64,000 nucleotides of DNA from Promethearchaeota archaeon. Lineage in GTDB: Archaea; Asgardarchaeota; Lokiarchaeia; Sigyniarchaeales; SOKP01. The notes below the pieces were generated by a model that was not told the DNA's origin, made no database searches, and worked only from the letters and a program-made list of their open reading frames with translations. Positions 37,307-47,508 of the stretch are shown one piece after another. The DNA lies in assembly GCA_004375715.1 (NCBI GenBank), contig SOKP01000253.1, positions 16,573 to 80,572 of the forward strand, given 5' to 3'. The first letter of the stretch is position 1; every line of letters starts with the position of its first letter. The position numbers and the translations under genes are program-made.

Positions 37307-37966
37307 TTAAATACTCAATTTTCCTACTGGACAAGATTCAATGCATTTATTACACCAAATCACGGTATTTTCTGACAACTTTTTTAAATTCTCCATACAA
37401 TAATTATAACACAAACTTTTTCGATACTTTCCTCCTTCTAGGGCGCCAGCAGGGCAAGAATCAACGCAAATGTTGCAATTTTTACAATATTCACTTTCAT
37501 GAATAGGTTTACCATAAACTAATTTTGCTTTAGTTACCAAAGCCCTTAATCTTACTTGAGATCCAAAAGTTTTTGTAATAAGAAGATTATTTTTTCCAAT
37601 CGGGCCAATTCCAGCTAAAGCCGCAGCATCTTTTAAGTACAACCCTGGGATATAAGGGATAATTTTTGATTTGAACCCCTTTTTAGCTAAAAAACTCTTG
37701 ATTTGATGACATTGATATAACAAAATTGAATCAGTAAAATGATAACTTTTTCCTTTCTTTTCGTCTTTACTCCAAGCATCTAGACTAAGATCGTATAAAT
37801 GAAATCCAATTACAATTACAGATTTAGAATTTTTCAGATATGATTCAGGAACGTATTCCTTATCAAATTTACTAAATTTAGTAGGATCACCAAAACCTAC
37901 AAAATCTACACCTATTTTATCACAATGAGCATTAAGTTCATCTGTGAGTTCTTTTATTGTTACCAT
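37307..37966 (-). CDS. Fe-S protein with a 2x[4Fe-4S] ferredoxin domain (QueG/RdhA-like)
   Basis: CKNCNICVDSCP and a second cluster motif, CNKCIESCP, with upstream Cys residues. The N-terminal alpha/beta domain resembles the epoxyqueuosine-reductase N-terminus. Confidence 0.55.
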   Translation of the reverse strand: MVTIKELTDELNAHCDKIGVDFVGFGDPTKFSKFDKEYVPESYLKNSKSVIVIGFHLYDLSLDAWSKDEKKGKSYHFTDSILLYQCHQIKSFLAKKGFKSKIIPYIPGLYLKDAAALAGIGPIGKNNLLITKTFGSQVRLRALVTKAKLVYGKPIHESEYCKNCNICVDSCPAGALEGGKYRKSLCYNYCMENLKKLSENTVIWCNKCIESCPVGKLSI

Positions 37967-37992
37967 AATTCCGGGTTATTATTTGTTAATTT

Positions 37993-38994
37993 TTACTTAG
38001 GAGGAGATTGAAACATCTCATTTACAAATAAGTCTGGCTTAATGTTGCTAAAATCCTTCCACCATATATTTTTTTTCTTGAAATCATCATCATAATTGCT
38101 CGAGTCGATTATGGTTATGATTTTTTCTTCTATCAAACTTGAGGGATTTAAAATTGTTTTTTCATTTTCTTCTAAGTATTTTAAATTCAGCAGCATACAT
38201 TCTTGCAAATCATCATAGATCAATAAAGGGATGTATTTTTTTACTGTTCTCACTATTCCCTTTTTAGGAGTTGGATATTTTGGCCAATTATTACTGGAAT
38301 AATTAATTATTTCAATATCAATTAATTCTGGACGAGATTGGTGCTCTCTTACTTTTTTGAGTTTTTTATAGTAAGTTAAGTCTTTATTTTTGTACATTTT
38401 CACATTAGATTTCTCCCCATCTATCTCCATTAAAATTCTATTTTGTTCCATCCTTTTTTTACAGACATCCTCTAATATTTGGCAGTATTGGATTGCAGCA
38501 CTCACAAGATCATTACCCTGAATGTAGCTTTTAACCATTGTATGCAAATATGCTCTTAAAAAAGCGGAGAAATCTTCTTCCAGTCTATAAAGATTGCCAT
38601 ATAAGAATCTCGTTGCTTCCCACCACGATATCACCTTTTTACTTGATAAAGTTTTAAAAAATTGCTCTGAAGAACGAATTTCAGAGAAGTAAATTAAATT
38701 TTTTATACCATAGGAAAGAAAATGATGAGGGTTAATAACAGCAAGCTGGTCTTCTGAAATTTGAAAAGAAATGGTTTCCCTAGGACGAATAATCACTGAG
38801 TTTTCACCATTAAATACGCGATCGACACGCATAGGAATTGGAATAATCGGATTTTTTTCAATTATTTTTACAAGGGAATATAAGTTCGGATTTTTAATTA
38901 AGGATGTATCAAAAGGAAAAATCTCGATATAAAAGAAAAACGGTGCGGCGTCAGATTTATAGGTTTTAAAACCTAATTGAGTTTTCTTAAACAA
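37993..38994 (-). CDS. Hypothetical protein
   Basis: 333-aa soluble ORF lying 18 nt downstream of the CPBP-like gene on the same strand. No family recognised. Confidence 0.4.
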   Translation of the reverse strand: MFKKTQLGFKTYKSDAAPFFFYIEIFPFDTSLIKNPNLYSLVKIIEKNPIIPIPMRVDRVFNGENSVIIRPRETISFQISEDQLAVINPHHFLSYGIKNLIYFSEIRSSEQFFKTLSSKKVISWWEATRFLYGNLYRLEEDFSAFLRAYLHTMVKSYIQGNDLVSAAIQYCQILEDVCKKRMEQNRILMEIDGEKSNVKMYKNKDLTYYKKLKKVREHQSRPELIDIEIINYSSNNWPKYPTPKKGIVRTVKKYIPLLIYDDLQECMLLNLKYLEENEKTILNPSSLIEEKIITIIDSSNYDDDFKKKNIWWKDFSNIKPDLFVNEMFQSPPK

Positions 38995-39012
38995 TTACAT
39001 CACACTTTTTAT

Positions 39013-40053
39013 CTAAACGGTAATTAACATTCCAAAAAGAAAAAATAAAAATGCTAAAAATATATCAAAAAGAATGCGAAATATCCTGTCTCCTGATGAT
39101 TCTTCTAACTTATTATCAATTCTTAAATAAGATTTTATCATATTTATTCCAATTTGTAAACTCTCCTTAACTCTCGAAAATTGTAATATAAGGAAAATTA
39201 AGCTAATTACTAATAAAAAACCGTAGATAATAATTAATGGCAGAACCAAATTACCACCTCTCAAAAAATCCCAAACTATCACGCTCGAAAGAATTGAGTC
39301 AAATGTTTTTGCAATGATTAGTGGGAGTATCCATTTTCTTCTTATTATCGTCAAAGAGAATACAAGACCTATTATAAACGATTTAATGAACCAGAGGACA
39401 ATAAAATAGGGACTAACTATAAAAAAGAGGGGATTTATAAAAATCTCTACAAAGGCAAAGCAAAAAGTTGATATCATTACCGCTGATACTTTGTTAAAAT
39501 GTTCACTTCCTCGTTTTGCTATTAAACCTCTGAAAACGGTTTCTTCTGAAAATGATATACATATTCGAATAATAATTGTGATAAATATAAATAGCATAAA
39601 ATTGTCGTCGTTTACAAAAGCTAATGAAAAAGCACGAAAGGGCATTGTCTCGGGTAAACCAATTGAAAATACAAATTCTAGAGGGATCAATATTAGGAAG
39701 AACAATAAGGAACTATAAAGGAGTTGGTACTTATAGTTTTTCTTCGTCATCTTATAAAGTCTTAAATAACCAAGATGAGGCGCTAATTCTTTTTCAACAC
39801 GCTGTGAATTTTTAGCTTTAATTCTATTAGAAATAAATAGAACAAAAATTACTGCTAAAAATATCACTAAAGCCCTAATAAGGTAAAAAAGCATTTTGAA
39901 TAACGGTGAAGTTTTATTTGCTAATGCAATCCATTCTAAGATTGAAAACAGAAAAATAAGTAAGAATATAGGAACGACTTCATAGAAGAGAAATTTAAAG
40001 CGTTTTGAAGCTATATTTCTTCGATTATATGATATTATTCTGCCCATAAACAT
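39013..40053 (-). CDS. CPBP (CAAX protease/Abi)-like polytopic membrane protein, possibly degenerate
   Basis: About 8 TM segments with the E-E-x-x-x-R motif (SEETVFRGLI). I could not find the two His-containing CPBP motifs downstream. Confidence 0.45.
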   Translation of the reverse strand: MFMGRIISYNRRNIASKRFKFLFYEVVPIFLLIFLFSILEWIALANKTSPLFKMLFYLIRALVIFLAVIFVLFISNRIKAKNSQRVEKELAPHLGYLRLYKMTKKNYKYQLLYSSLLFFLILIPLEFVFSIGLPETMPFRAFSLAFVNDDNFMLFIFITIIIRICISFSEETVFRGLIAKRGSEHFNKVSAVMISTFCFAFVEIFINPLFFIVSPYFIVLWFIKSFIIGLVFSLTIIRRKWILPLIIAKTFDSILSSVIVWDFLRGGNLVLPLIIIYGFLLVISLIFLILQFSRVKESLQIGINMIKSYLRIDNKLEESSGDRIFRILFDIFLAFLFFLFGMLITV

Positions 40054-40139
40054 CCATCATTTTAACAACATAAATTAAACATAAATAAATGAGTATTACT
40101 TAAGAATTTTTCAAGTTCAATTTTTTCTGATTTCAAATA

Positions 40140-41801
40140 TCAATTCTTTGTATAGAGCTCTCTATATTCTATTCTTATCATTTTTTTATCAAGTTTCCCT
40201 ACACTTGTTCTAGGGATTTTATTGACAAATAAAATCTCGTCAGGTATCTGCCACTTTGCAAACGATTTTGAAAGATGTTCACGAATTTGCTCTTTAGTAG
40301 TGAATTTAAAATCTTCACGTAAAACTATCAAAGCTAAAGGTCGTTCGTCCCATTTAGGATGAAAAATTCCAACAACAGCTGCTTCAAGAACACTAGAGTG
40401 TGACATTAAAGAGTTTTCCATATCTATTGAACTAATCCACTCCCCACCACTTTTTATTACATCTTTTAATCTATCGGTTATTTTAAGATAACCTTCAGAA
40501 TCAAGATACCCTGCGTCACCTGTCCGAAAATAGCCACTTTCTGTGAAACTTTCTTCCGTTTGAGGATCATTGAAATAATTTTCAGTAACCCAAGGACCTT
40601 TTAATAGAATCTCTCCCGACGATTTCCCGTCGTGAGGGAGCTCTATACCATTTTTATCAATTATCTTAATATCTAATCCTGAAACAATAATACCCTGTTT
40701 TTTCTTAAGATTCCAAAGTTCTTCTTCAGATAGCTCTTTTTCAAGCCACGGTTTGAGAGTGTTTAAAGTCGTAATTGCCATTGTTTCTGTGGAACCATAA
40801 GAGTGAATTATTTCTGCTCGTGTTTCGTCCCAAAAACCACGCATTAATGCAATAGGGGGTTCTGAACCTCCGCAAATTAAACGAGCACCTGTTAGGTCAG
40901 GTTTTTGTTTCATTTTCCTAATAATTTCTAGCATCGCCATGAATACTGCAGGAACAGCAGCAGAAACAGTAACTTTTTCTTGAACCAAGATATTTGTGAG
41001 TTCTTTAAGATCGTTCATATTCCAATTACCCGCAAATATTAATTTAGCACCGCCATAAATTGCAGCTAGAGGTTTAGACCATCCGAGGACGTGGAACATT
41101 GGCACTAATTGAAAAATTACATCATTTACATTCATTGAAAACTGCGCTGCAAACATCAACGCTTGTAAATATACATTACGATGTGAATAATAAACACCCT
41201 TAGGTTTACCGGTAGTTCCTGTTGTATAGCAAGCCGCATATACTGAATTTTCATCTAGATTCGGCCAATCGTAATTAAATAATGCTTTACTCAGGAGATC
41301 TTCATATAAATATATAGGTTTGAGTATTGTTTCTATTTCGCTTAGGTGCTTGTCAGTTATAATTATATAGCCTATTAATCCTTTACATAAGGGGATAATA
41401 GATTCAACCACTTTAATTAGATCTTCATCTACGATAATATATTTGATCCCTGAATGATTTATTACATAGGCTAAATCTTGTGGGGCAAGTCGCAGATTCA
41501 AAGATACCATTACTGCACCCATTCCAGGTAAACCAAAATATATCTCAAAATGCTGACAGGTATTCCATGCTATAACACCTATCCTATCTCCGACTTTAAT
41601 TCCAATAGATTCCAATGAATTTGCTAATCGTTGCATTCTCTTATAAGCATCTGAATAAGTATATCGAAATAGAGTTCCATCAAGATTTCTACTCACTATT
41701 TCCTGTCTGCTGTAATTCCTAACAGCATGTTTTATAAGATTAATTACATTAAGCTGATAATTAACATTTAAATCGGCTTGAAATCCCTTTATAACTTTCA
41801 T
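40140..41801 (-). CDS. Acyl-CoA synthetase (AMP-forming)
   Basis: ACYTTGTTGKPKG, HSYGSTET, YFRTGDAGYLD and ITDRLKDVIKSGGEWIS. Confidence 0.85.
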   Translation of the reverse strand: MKVIKGFQADLNVNYQLNVINLIKHAVRNYSRQEIVSRNLDGTLFRYTYSDAYKRMQRLANSLESIGIKVGDRIGVIAWNTCQHFEIYFGLPGMGAVMVSLNLRLAPQDLAYVINHSGIKYIIVDEDLIKVVESIIPLCKGLIGYIIITDKHLSEIETILKPIYLYEDLLSKALFNYDWPNLDENSVYAACYTTGTTGKPKGVYYSHRNVYLQALMFAAQFSMNVNDVIFQLVPMFHVLGWSKPLAAIYGGAKLIFAGNWNMNDLKELTNILVQEKVTVSAAVPAVFMAMLEIIRKMKQKPDLTGARLICGGSEPPIALMRGFWDETRAEIIHSYGSTETMAITTLNTLKPWLEKELSEEELWNLKKKQGIIVSGLDIKIIDKNGIELPHDGKSSGEILLKGPWVTENYFNDPQTEESFTESGYFRTGDAGYLDSEGYLKITDRLKDVIKSGGEWISSIDMENSLMSHSSVLEAAVVGIFHPKWDERPLALIVLREDFKFTTKEQIREHLSKSFAKWQIPDEILFVNKIPRTSVGKLDKKMIRIEYRELYTKN

Positions 41802-42027
41802 AGATTATCATCAATTGTAGTTAGTATTGCCTTATATTCATTTAAACGAACTTCTTTTCATTAAGTGATATTTAAACATTGTTCCTTAAAATTATCTATG
41901 CTGATTTTTAATTTAATATAAAGTGAAACTAAATACCCTATACCTATTTTTAATGAAAGATTGAGCTAATGTAATTAATTATTTATCCCATTAATAATAA
42001 GCTTAAAAAAACGTTCTAGTTATCTAT

Positions 42028-43200
42028 ATGTTAAGAATACAAAAGAAGATAAATATATTTTTGTCGATGCTGTACAAGAAAGAAAGACCAGCTATTTTAA
42101 TGCTTAAAGATGGCCGTTATTTCGAAGGGATTGGGTTTGGAGCGACTAAAAAAATATGCGGAGAAATTGTATTCACGACAATTACGGGTGCGGGATATAA
42201 TGAAACGCTAACTGATCCTTCATATAAGGGACAAATAGTAGTTATGACCCATCCTTTGGTTGGAAATTACGGCGTTCCTGCTTGGGAAAAAGATTCACAC
42301 GGAATTCACAAATACTTCGAATCAGATTCGATAAAAGTAAGTGGATTTGTCGTTAACGAATGTTGTAAAAATCCTAGCCACTACGAAAGTGTTAAAACTT
42401 TAAATGAATTTCTTTTAGAAGAAAATATTCCTGGAATCGAATGGATAGACACTAGAGCAATTACAAAAATTTTAAGGGAAGAAGGAGTGCAATTAGGATT
42501 GCTTGCAGTTTTTAACCCTGGAGAATCTCCTAACTTAAAAGAATTGAGAGAAGAAGTCATAAAAGTGGAAGATCCAAACCTTAGACATTTAGCAAGCGAG
42601 GTATCTACTAAAGAAGTTAAAACATTTACACCCCTAAATCCTAAAGGAAAAGTTGTGATAATAGATTTAGGAGTAAAAAATAATATCTTAAGAAATTTCT
42701 TACAGAGAAAAATCGAAATAATTTTAGTACCGTATAATTATTCGTTTGAAACGATAATGTCTTACAAACCAAATGGAGTATTTATTTCCAATGGTCCCGG
42801 AGATCCTGCTAAATATAAAAAAGCTATTGAAGTTGCTCGCAAATTAATAATAAATAGCGTGCCAACAATGGGAATTTGTTTAGGAAACCAAATTATAGCT
42901 TTAGGTGCTGGTGGTTCCTCATATAAATTGAAGTACGGACATAGAGGTGGAAACAAAACCGTAATAAATCCCAAAACAAAGCGATGTTATATTACTTCCC
43001 AAAACCATGGATTTTGCGTAAAAGATTTTGAAAGTGAAGGTTTTACTGAATTTTTAACAAACATAGATGATAATTCAAATGAAGGTTTGATTCATGAGAG
43101 CAAACCTATTTTTGCTGTTCAATTTCACCCTGAAGGTTCTCCCGGCCCTTTAGACTCATTATATCTGTTTGATAAATTTATTGATATTATGGAGCTGTGA
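42028..43200 (+). CDS. carA: Carbamoyl-phosphate synthase small (glutaminase) subunit
   Basis: AILMLKDGRYFEGIGFGA, the nucleophile GICLGNQ, and QFHPEGSPGP. The probable true start is the ATG at 42067. Confidence 0.9.
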   Translation: MLRIQKKINIFLSMLYKKERPAILMLKDGRYFEGIGFGATKKICGEIVFTTITGAGYNETLTDPSYKGQIVVMTHPLVGNYGVPAWEKDSHGIHKYFESDSIKVSGFVVNECCKNPSHYESVKTLNEFLLEENIPGIEWIDTRAITKILREEGVQLGLLAVFNPGESPNLKELREEVIKVEDPNLRHLASEVSTKEVKTFTPLNPKGKVVIIDLGVKNNILRNFLQRKIEIILVPYNYSFETIMSYKPNGVFISNGPGDPAKYKKAIEVARKLIINSVPTMGICLGNQIIALGAGGSSYKLKYGHRGGNKTVINPKTKRCYITSQNHGFCVKDFESEGFTEFLTNIDDNSNEGLIHESKPIFAVQFHPEGSPGPLDSLYLFDKFIDIMEL

Positions 43201-43204
43201 TATC

Positions 43205-46200
43205 ATGCCATTAGATAAATCGATTAAAAAAGCATTAGTATTAGGCTCTGGTGGAATACGAATTGGTCAAGCTGGAGAGTTTGATTATTCTGGAAGTCAA
43301 GTTCTTAAAGCCTTGAAAGAAGAGGGTATTACAACAATACTTATCAATCCAAATATTGCGACTATCCAAACTGACCCTGAATTATCAGATCAGGTTTACT
43401 TACTACCGGTTAATGTTAAATATGTGGAGGAAGTGATAAAGAAAGAGAAACCAGATGGCATTCTATTGGCGTTTGGAGGACAAACTGCTTTAAATGTCGG
43501 AGTGGAGCTAAAAGAGCAAGGAATATTAGAAAAATACAATATACGTGTTCTTGGTACGCCAATAGAAGCGATTGAGGTTACAGAAGATCGAGAATTATTC
43601 GTAAAAGCTATGAATGAAGCAGATGCAAAAGTGTGCCGAAGTAAAGCGGTAACATCATATAAAGAGGCGATTAAAGCAGCTCAAGAATTTGGTTTTCCTT
43701 TAATGCTTAGAGTTGCTTACACATTAGGTGGTAGAGGTTCAGGTATCATTGATAATATGAAAGATTTTGAAAGGATGGCAAAAAAAGGGTTAGCCCAATC
43801 AAGGATTAACCAAATCTTAATCGAGGAATCCATAAGGGGTTGGAAAGAAGTTGAATATGAAGTTGTACGAGATTCTGCTAATAATTGCTTTATAAACTGT
43901 AACATGGAAAATTTCGATCCTGTGGGAATCCATACGGGAGAGAGTATAGTAGTAGCACCGAGTCAAACGTTAACTAACGAAGAATACCACATGCTTCGGT
44001 CTGCTTCAATTCGAGTTATTAGGGGTCTTGGGATTATCGGTGAATGCAACATTCAATACGCATTAAATCCTTTTTCAAAAGAATTCCGAGTTATTGAAGT
44101 TAATGCACGCCTTTCAAGATCGTCAGCATTAGCCTCGAAAGCTACTGGATACCCATTGGCGTATATTGCTGCTAAATTAGCAATTGGATATACTTTACCG
44201 GAGTTGAAAAATAAGATTACTGGCATTACTACTGCTTGCTTTGAACCTGCACTAGATTATTTGGTTCTTAAAATTCCACGATGGGATTTAACAAAATTTC
44301 AAAAAGTTGATAGACGCATTGGAAGTCAGATGAAATCTGTTGGTGAAGTAATGGCAATAGGGAGAACATTTGAAGAAGTTCTCCAAAAAGCGGTAAGAAT
44401 GTTAGACATCGGCATGAAGGGGTTAGTAGCGAATAATTTAGAAGATATTGAAGATCTAAGCGAGTTAAAATATGCGTTAAGAAACCCAACTGACTTAAGG
44501 CTCTTCAGAATTGCTGAGGCAATCAAAAAAGGCATATCAATTGATGAAATATATCGTTTATCAAGAGTAGATAAGTGGTTTTTGTATAAATTGAAAAATA
44601 TTGTAGACCTTAACCGTCAAATTCAAGACATTGAATTGCTCGAATCAGATGATAGCGAGAAAAAATACTGGTTAGAAAGAGCGAAAAGATATGGGTTTTC
44701 AGATGGACAGATTGCTAAAATAATGGGTGTCAATTCGATTTTTATTCGACAGATGAGAAGAAGATTAAAAATTCAACCTTATGTTAAAAGGATTGATACT
44801 TTAGCAGCAGAATGGCCAGCCGTAACGAATTATCTTTATCTAACTTATAGTGCTTCTGAACACGACATTGATTTTGAAAGCGAATATAAATCTAACATTT
44901 CAAAAGTAATAGTATTGGGCTCAGGAACTTATCGTATTGGTGCTTCAGTCGAATTTGATTGGGGATCCGTCAATTGTTTGTGGGGGTTAAAAAAGCTAGG
45001 AATCGATCAGGCAATAATGATAAATTATAATCCAGAGACAGTATCGACTGATTACGATATTTCCGATAAGCTTTATTTTGAAGAATTATCTGGAGAGAGA
45101 GTTTTGGACATTTGCGAGCTTGAAAAAGCTGATGGTATAGTAGTTTCTGCGGGAGGGCAAATAGCAAATAACTTGGCCGCTAAATTTTCTAAGTATTCAG
45201 ATTTTTTTAGAAAGACAAGCATAAAAATTCTCGGTACTCACGGAACGCGCATAGATATGGCAGAAAATAGGAGCAAGTTCAGTACTTTATTAGATCAATT
45301 ATGTATTAAGCAACCGGAATGGAATGCTTTGACTACCAAAGAAGGAGCCATTGAATTTGCTCAGAAAGTTGGTTATCCTATATTAGTTAGGCCTTCATAC
45401 GTATTAAGTGGCGCCGCTATGAGGGTTTCCTATGACGAAAAGACGCTTCTAGATACCTTAGACCTCGCAGCATCTATATCGAGCGAATACCCCGTTGTTA
45501 TAACTAAATTTTTTATAAACGCCCGAGAAATAGAATGTGATGGCGTATGCGATGGTGAAAATGTGCTTATTGGTGCAATTGTAGAACATATTGAGAATGC
45601 TGGTATTCATAGTGGAGATGCAACTATGGCAATACCACCTCAAACGGTCTCCAACGAAGTTACATTAAAAATTGAAGAATATACTAAAAAAATCGCTCTT
45701 GCCTTAAAAATTCACGGTCCTTTTAATGTTCAATATCTTGTTAAAAATAATGAAGTTTATGTTATTGAGTGTAACCTGCGCTCAAGTCGAAGCATGCCCT
45801 ATGTTTCCAAATCTCGGGGTATTAATTTAATGAGACTTGCGGCTGAAGTTATTATGGGTGGTAAAATACCAAAAAGGCTAATGAATCTTCCTTTGGGGAA
45901 CTACGTTTCGGTTAAGGCGCCAATGTTTTCTTTCATGAGGCTTGATAAAGCAGATCCCGTTCTTGGCGTAGAAATGAGTTCTACGGGAGAAGTAGCATGT
46001 ATAGGTGAAAACTTTCCTGATGCCCTTATGAAATCGTTAGAGGCTGCTGATATGGATGTTCCAATTGAAGGAGGAAATATCTTAATTTCTGTAGGTGGAG
46101 ATAAATTAAAATCCGAAGTAATTCCCTTAGCAAGAGAGATAAGTAAGCTAGGATTTACGATATTTGCTACAGAAGATACCAAAAATGCTTTAACAAGGAA

Positions 46201-46516
46201 TAACATAAATGCTGTAAAACTTTATAAGGTTCACGAATATGGATTGGAGCCTAATATTATGCAATGTCTGCAAGATGGGCGCATAGACATGGTAATAAAC
46301 ATTCCAATGCCAACCACAGTAGAAGAGAAATTTAAAACCATAATGGAGGACGAATACAAAATTAGACGCATGGCTGTAGATTATAATATTCCTGTGATAA
46401 TTAATCTACAATTAGCAAAAGCTGTAATCGACGCTATAAAAAATATGCGTGAAAAAAAAATTGAAATAAAATCGCTTAATGAATACCATCAAACACTAAA
46501 AGAAGTTTATTGGTAA
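43205..46516 (+). CDS. carB: Carbamoyl-phosphate synthase large subunit
   Basis: MPLDKSIKKALVLGSGGIRIGQAGEFDYSGSQ and the second half VIVLGSGTYRIGASVEFDW (duplicated ATP-grasp), with a C-terminal MGS-like domain. The ATG at 43205 is preferred over the track start at 43169. Confidence 0.95.
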   Translation: MPLDKSIKKALVLGSGGIRIGQAGEFDYSGSQVLKALKEEGITTILINPNIATIQTDPELSDQVYLLPVNVKYVEEVIKKEKPDGILLAFGGQTALNVGVELKEQGILEKYNIRVLGTPIEAIEVTEDRELFVKAMNEADAKVCRSKAVTSYKEAIKAAQEFGFPLMLRVAYTLGGRGSGIIDNMKDFERMAKKGLAQSRINQILIEESIRGWKEVEYEVVRDSANNCFINCNMENFDPVGIHTGESIVVAPSQTLTNEEYHMLRSASIRVIRGLGIIGECNIQYALNPFSKEFRVIEVNARLSRSSALASKATGYPLAYIAAKLAIGYTLPELKNKITGITTACFEPALDYLVLKIPRWDLTKFQKVDRRIGSQMKSVGEVMAIGRTFEEVLQKAVRMLDIGMKGLVANNLEDIEDLSELKYALRNPTDLRLFRIAEAIKKGISIDEIYRLSRVDKWFLYKLKNIVDLNRQIQDIELLESDDSEKKYWLERAKRYGFSDGQIAKIMGVNSIFIRQMRRRLKIQPYVKRIDTLAAEWPAVTNYLYLTYSASEHDIDFESEYKSNISKVIVLGSGTYRIGASVEFDWGSVNCLWGLKKLGIDQAIMINYNPETVSTDYDISDKLYFEELSGERVLDICELEKADGIVVSAGGQIANNLAAKFSKYSDFFRKTSIKILGTHGTRIDMAENRSKFSTLLDQLCIKQPEWNALTTKEGAIEFAQKVGYPILVRPSYVLSGAAMRVSYDEKTLLDTLDLAASISSEYPVVITKFFINAREIECDGVCDGENVLIGAIVEHIENAGIHSGDATMAIPPQTVSNEVTLKIEEYTKKIALALKIHGPFNVQYLVKNNEVYVIECNLRSSRSMPYVSKSRGINLMRLAAEVIMGGKIPKRLMNLPLGNYVSVKAPMFSFMRLDKADPVLGVEMSSTGEVACIGENFPDALMKSLEAADMDVPIEGGNILISVGGDKLKSEVIPLAREISKLGFTIFATEDTKNALTRNNINAVKLYKVHEYGLEPNIMQCLQDGRIDMVINIPMPTTVEEKFKTIMEDEYKIRRMAVDYNIPVIINLQLAKAVIDAIKNMREKKIEIKSLNEYHQTLKEVYW

Positions 46517-46543
46517 AATAAAAAAATCTAATTATTTGAATCG

Positions 46544-47038
46544 TTATATTAGCGATTTTATTGTAAAATCTGTTTTAAATTTTTTAATTAAAATTTTTAA
46601 CATTTCTTTTTTTGATTTCATTTTACCGTCATAAAAAATTTTGAACATTTTTTGTTGCGGAGAGTATTCTATAGGATATTTAGAGCGATTGATATCGAAA
46701 TAGAGCTCTAAATCTTCATAAATTCTTTTTATTATATATGTCCGATTTTCTATTGGTATAGGATTTAAAATTTCGAATTCTAAACCTTTTTTCTTTAAAA
46801 GATTCTCTAAAAAATGTTTTTCTTTCCTACTTAACCTTATTAACCTAAATTTCCTAAAATACCCTATTATCCACCAGCTAAAAGCATAAAGCAAAATCAT
46901 CCATAAGGAAGTAATATAAGCGGTTATTGGTGCACCCAAATTGTATAAGAGCCAGCTAAATACGCCAAGGAAGAATCCAATAAAAAGATAAGATGTTTTC
47001 CTACCTATATTCTTAAACCATTTTTTCGATCTTTCCAT
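46544..47038 (-). CDS. Hypothetical membrane protein
   Basis: 164 aa with two TM helices followed by a Lys-rich soluble tail. It lies inside the segment bracketed by the two carB 3' copies. Confidence 0.4.
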   Translation of the reverse strand: MERSKKWFKNIGRKTSYLFIGFFLGVFSWLLYNLGAPITAYITSLWMILLYAFSWWIIGYFRKFRLIRLSRKEKHFLENLLKKKGLEFEILNPIPIENRTYIIKRIYEDLELYFDINRSKYPIEYSPQQKMFKIFYDGKMKSKKEMLKILIKKFKTDFTIKSLI

Positions 47039-47185
47039 TAATGAGTTCCCTCTATTTGTCGTTCTATAAATTTCAAATTTAAGTTTAAATTTTTTTACCA
47101 GCTTTTTAACTAATATTATATTGGTTTTCTAATATTTTTTAATTTTAATAAACCAAATTATTTATTTGTTAACCAAAAATGAAAC

Positions 47186-47434
47186 TTAAGTGTGTTTTTT
47201 TCCTCTCGATTTAGGGTATCTTATAATTCCACCTACAAACAATGGAGCAGCCCACATTATACTAAATAGTATACCGTATAAAAAAGCAATTATCATAGGG
47301 TCTCCTTGATTAATTGAAATTAGACTTCTGGATAACCCCGTAAACAAACCAATAAGGGTTCCCATGATGAAACACCCTTTTCTTGTATTACCTCCATGGT
47401 ATAATTTTTTAAACCAGATAGCTAACCTCTTCAT
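47186..47434 (-). CDS. Hypothetical small membrane protein
   Basis: 82 aa with two TM helices. Confidence 0.35.
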   Translation of the reverse strand: MKRLAIWFKKLYHGGNTRKGCFIMGTLIGLFTGLSRSLISINQGDPMIIAFLYGILFSIMWAAPLFVGGIIRYPKSRGKKHT

Positions 47435-47508
47435 TCTTAGATTTTTATCCTCTTTATTCTATAAAGATATAATTTTTAATTAAAAGGTGCATGGTTAATT
47501 TTTTTCTC

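Noticed and set aside
43169-43204. The ORF-track start of carB at 43169 (MINLLILWSCDI...).
   Set aside because: This extension overlaps the carA 3' end and is not carB-like. The ATG at 43205 gives the canonical MPLDKSIKKALVLGSGGIRIGQAGEFDYSG N-terminus.
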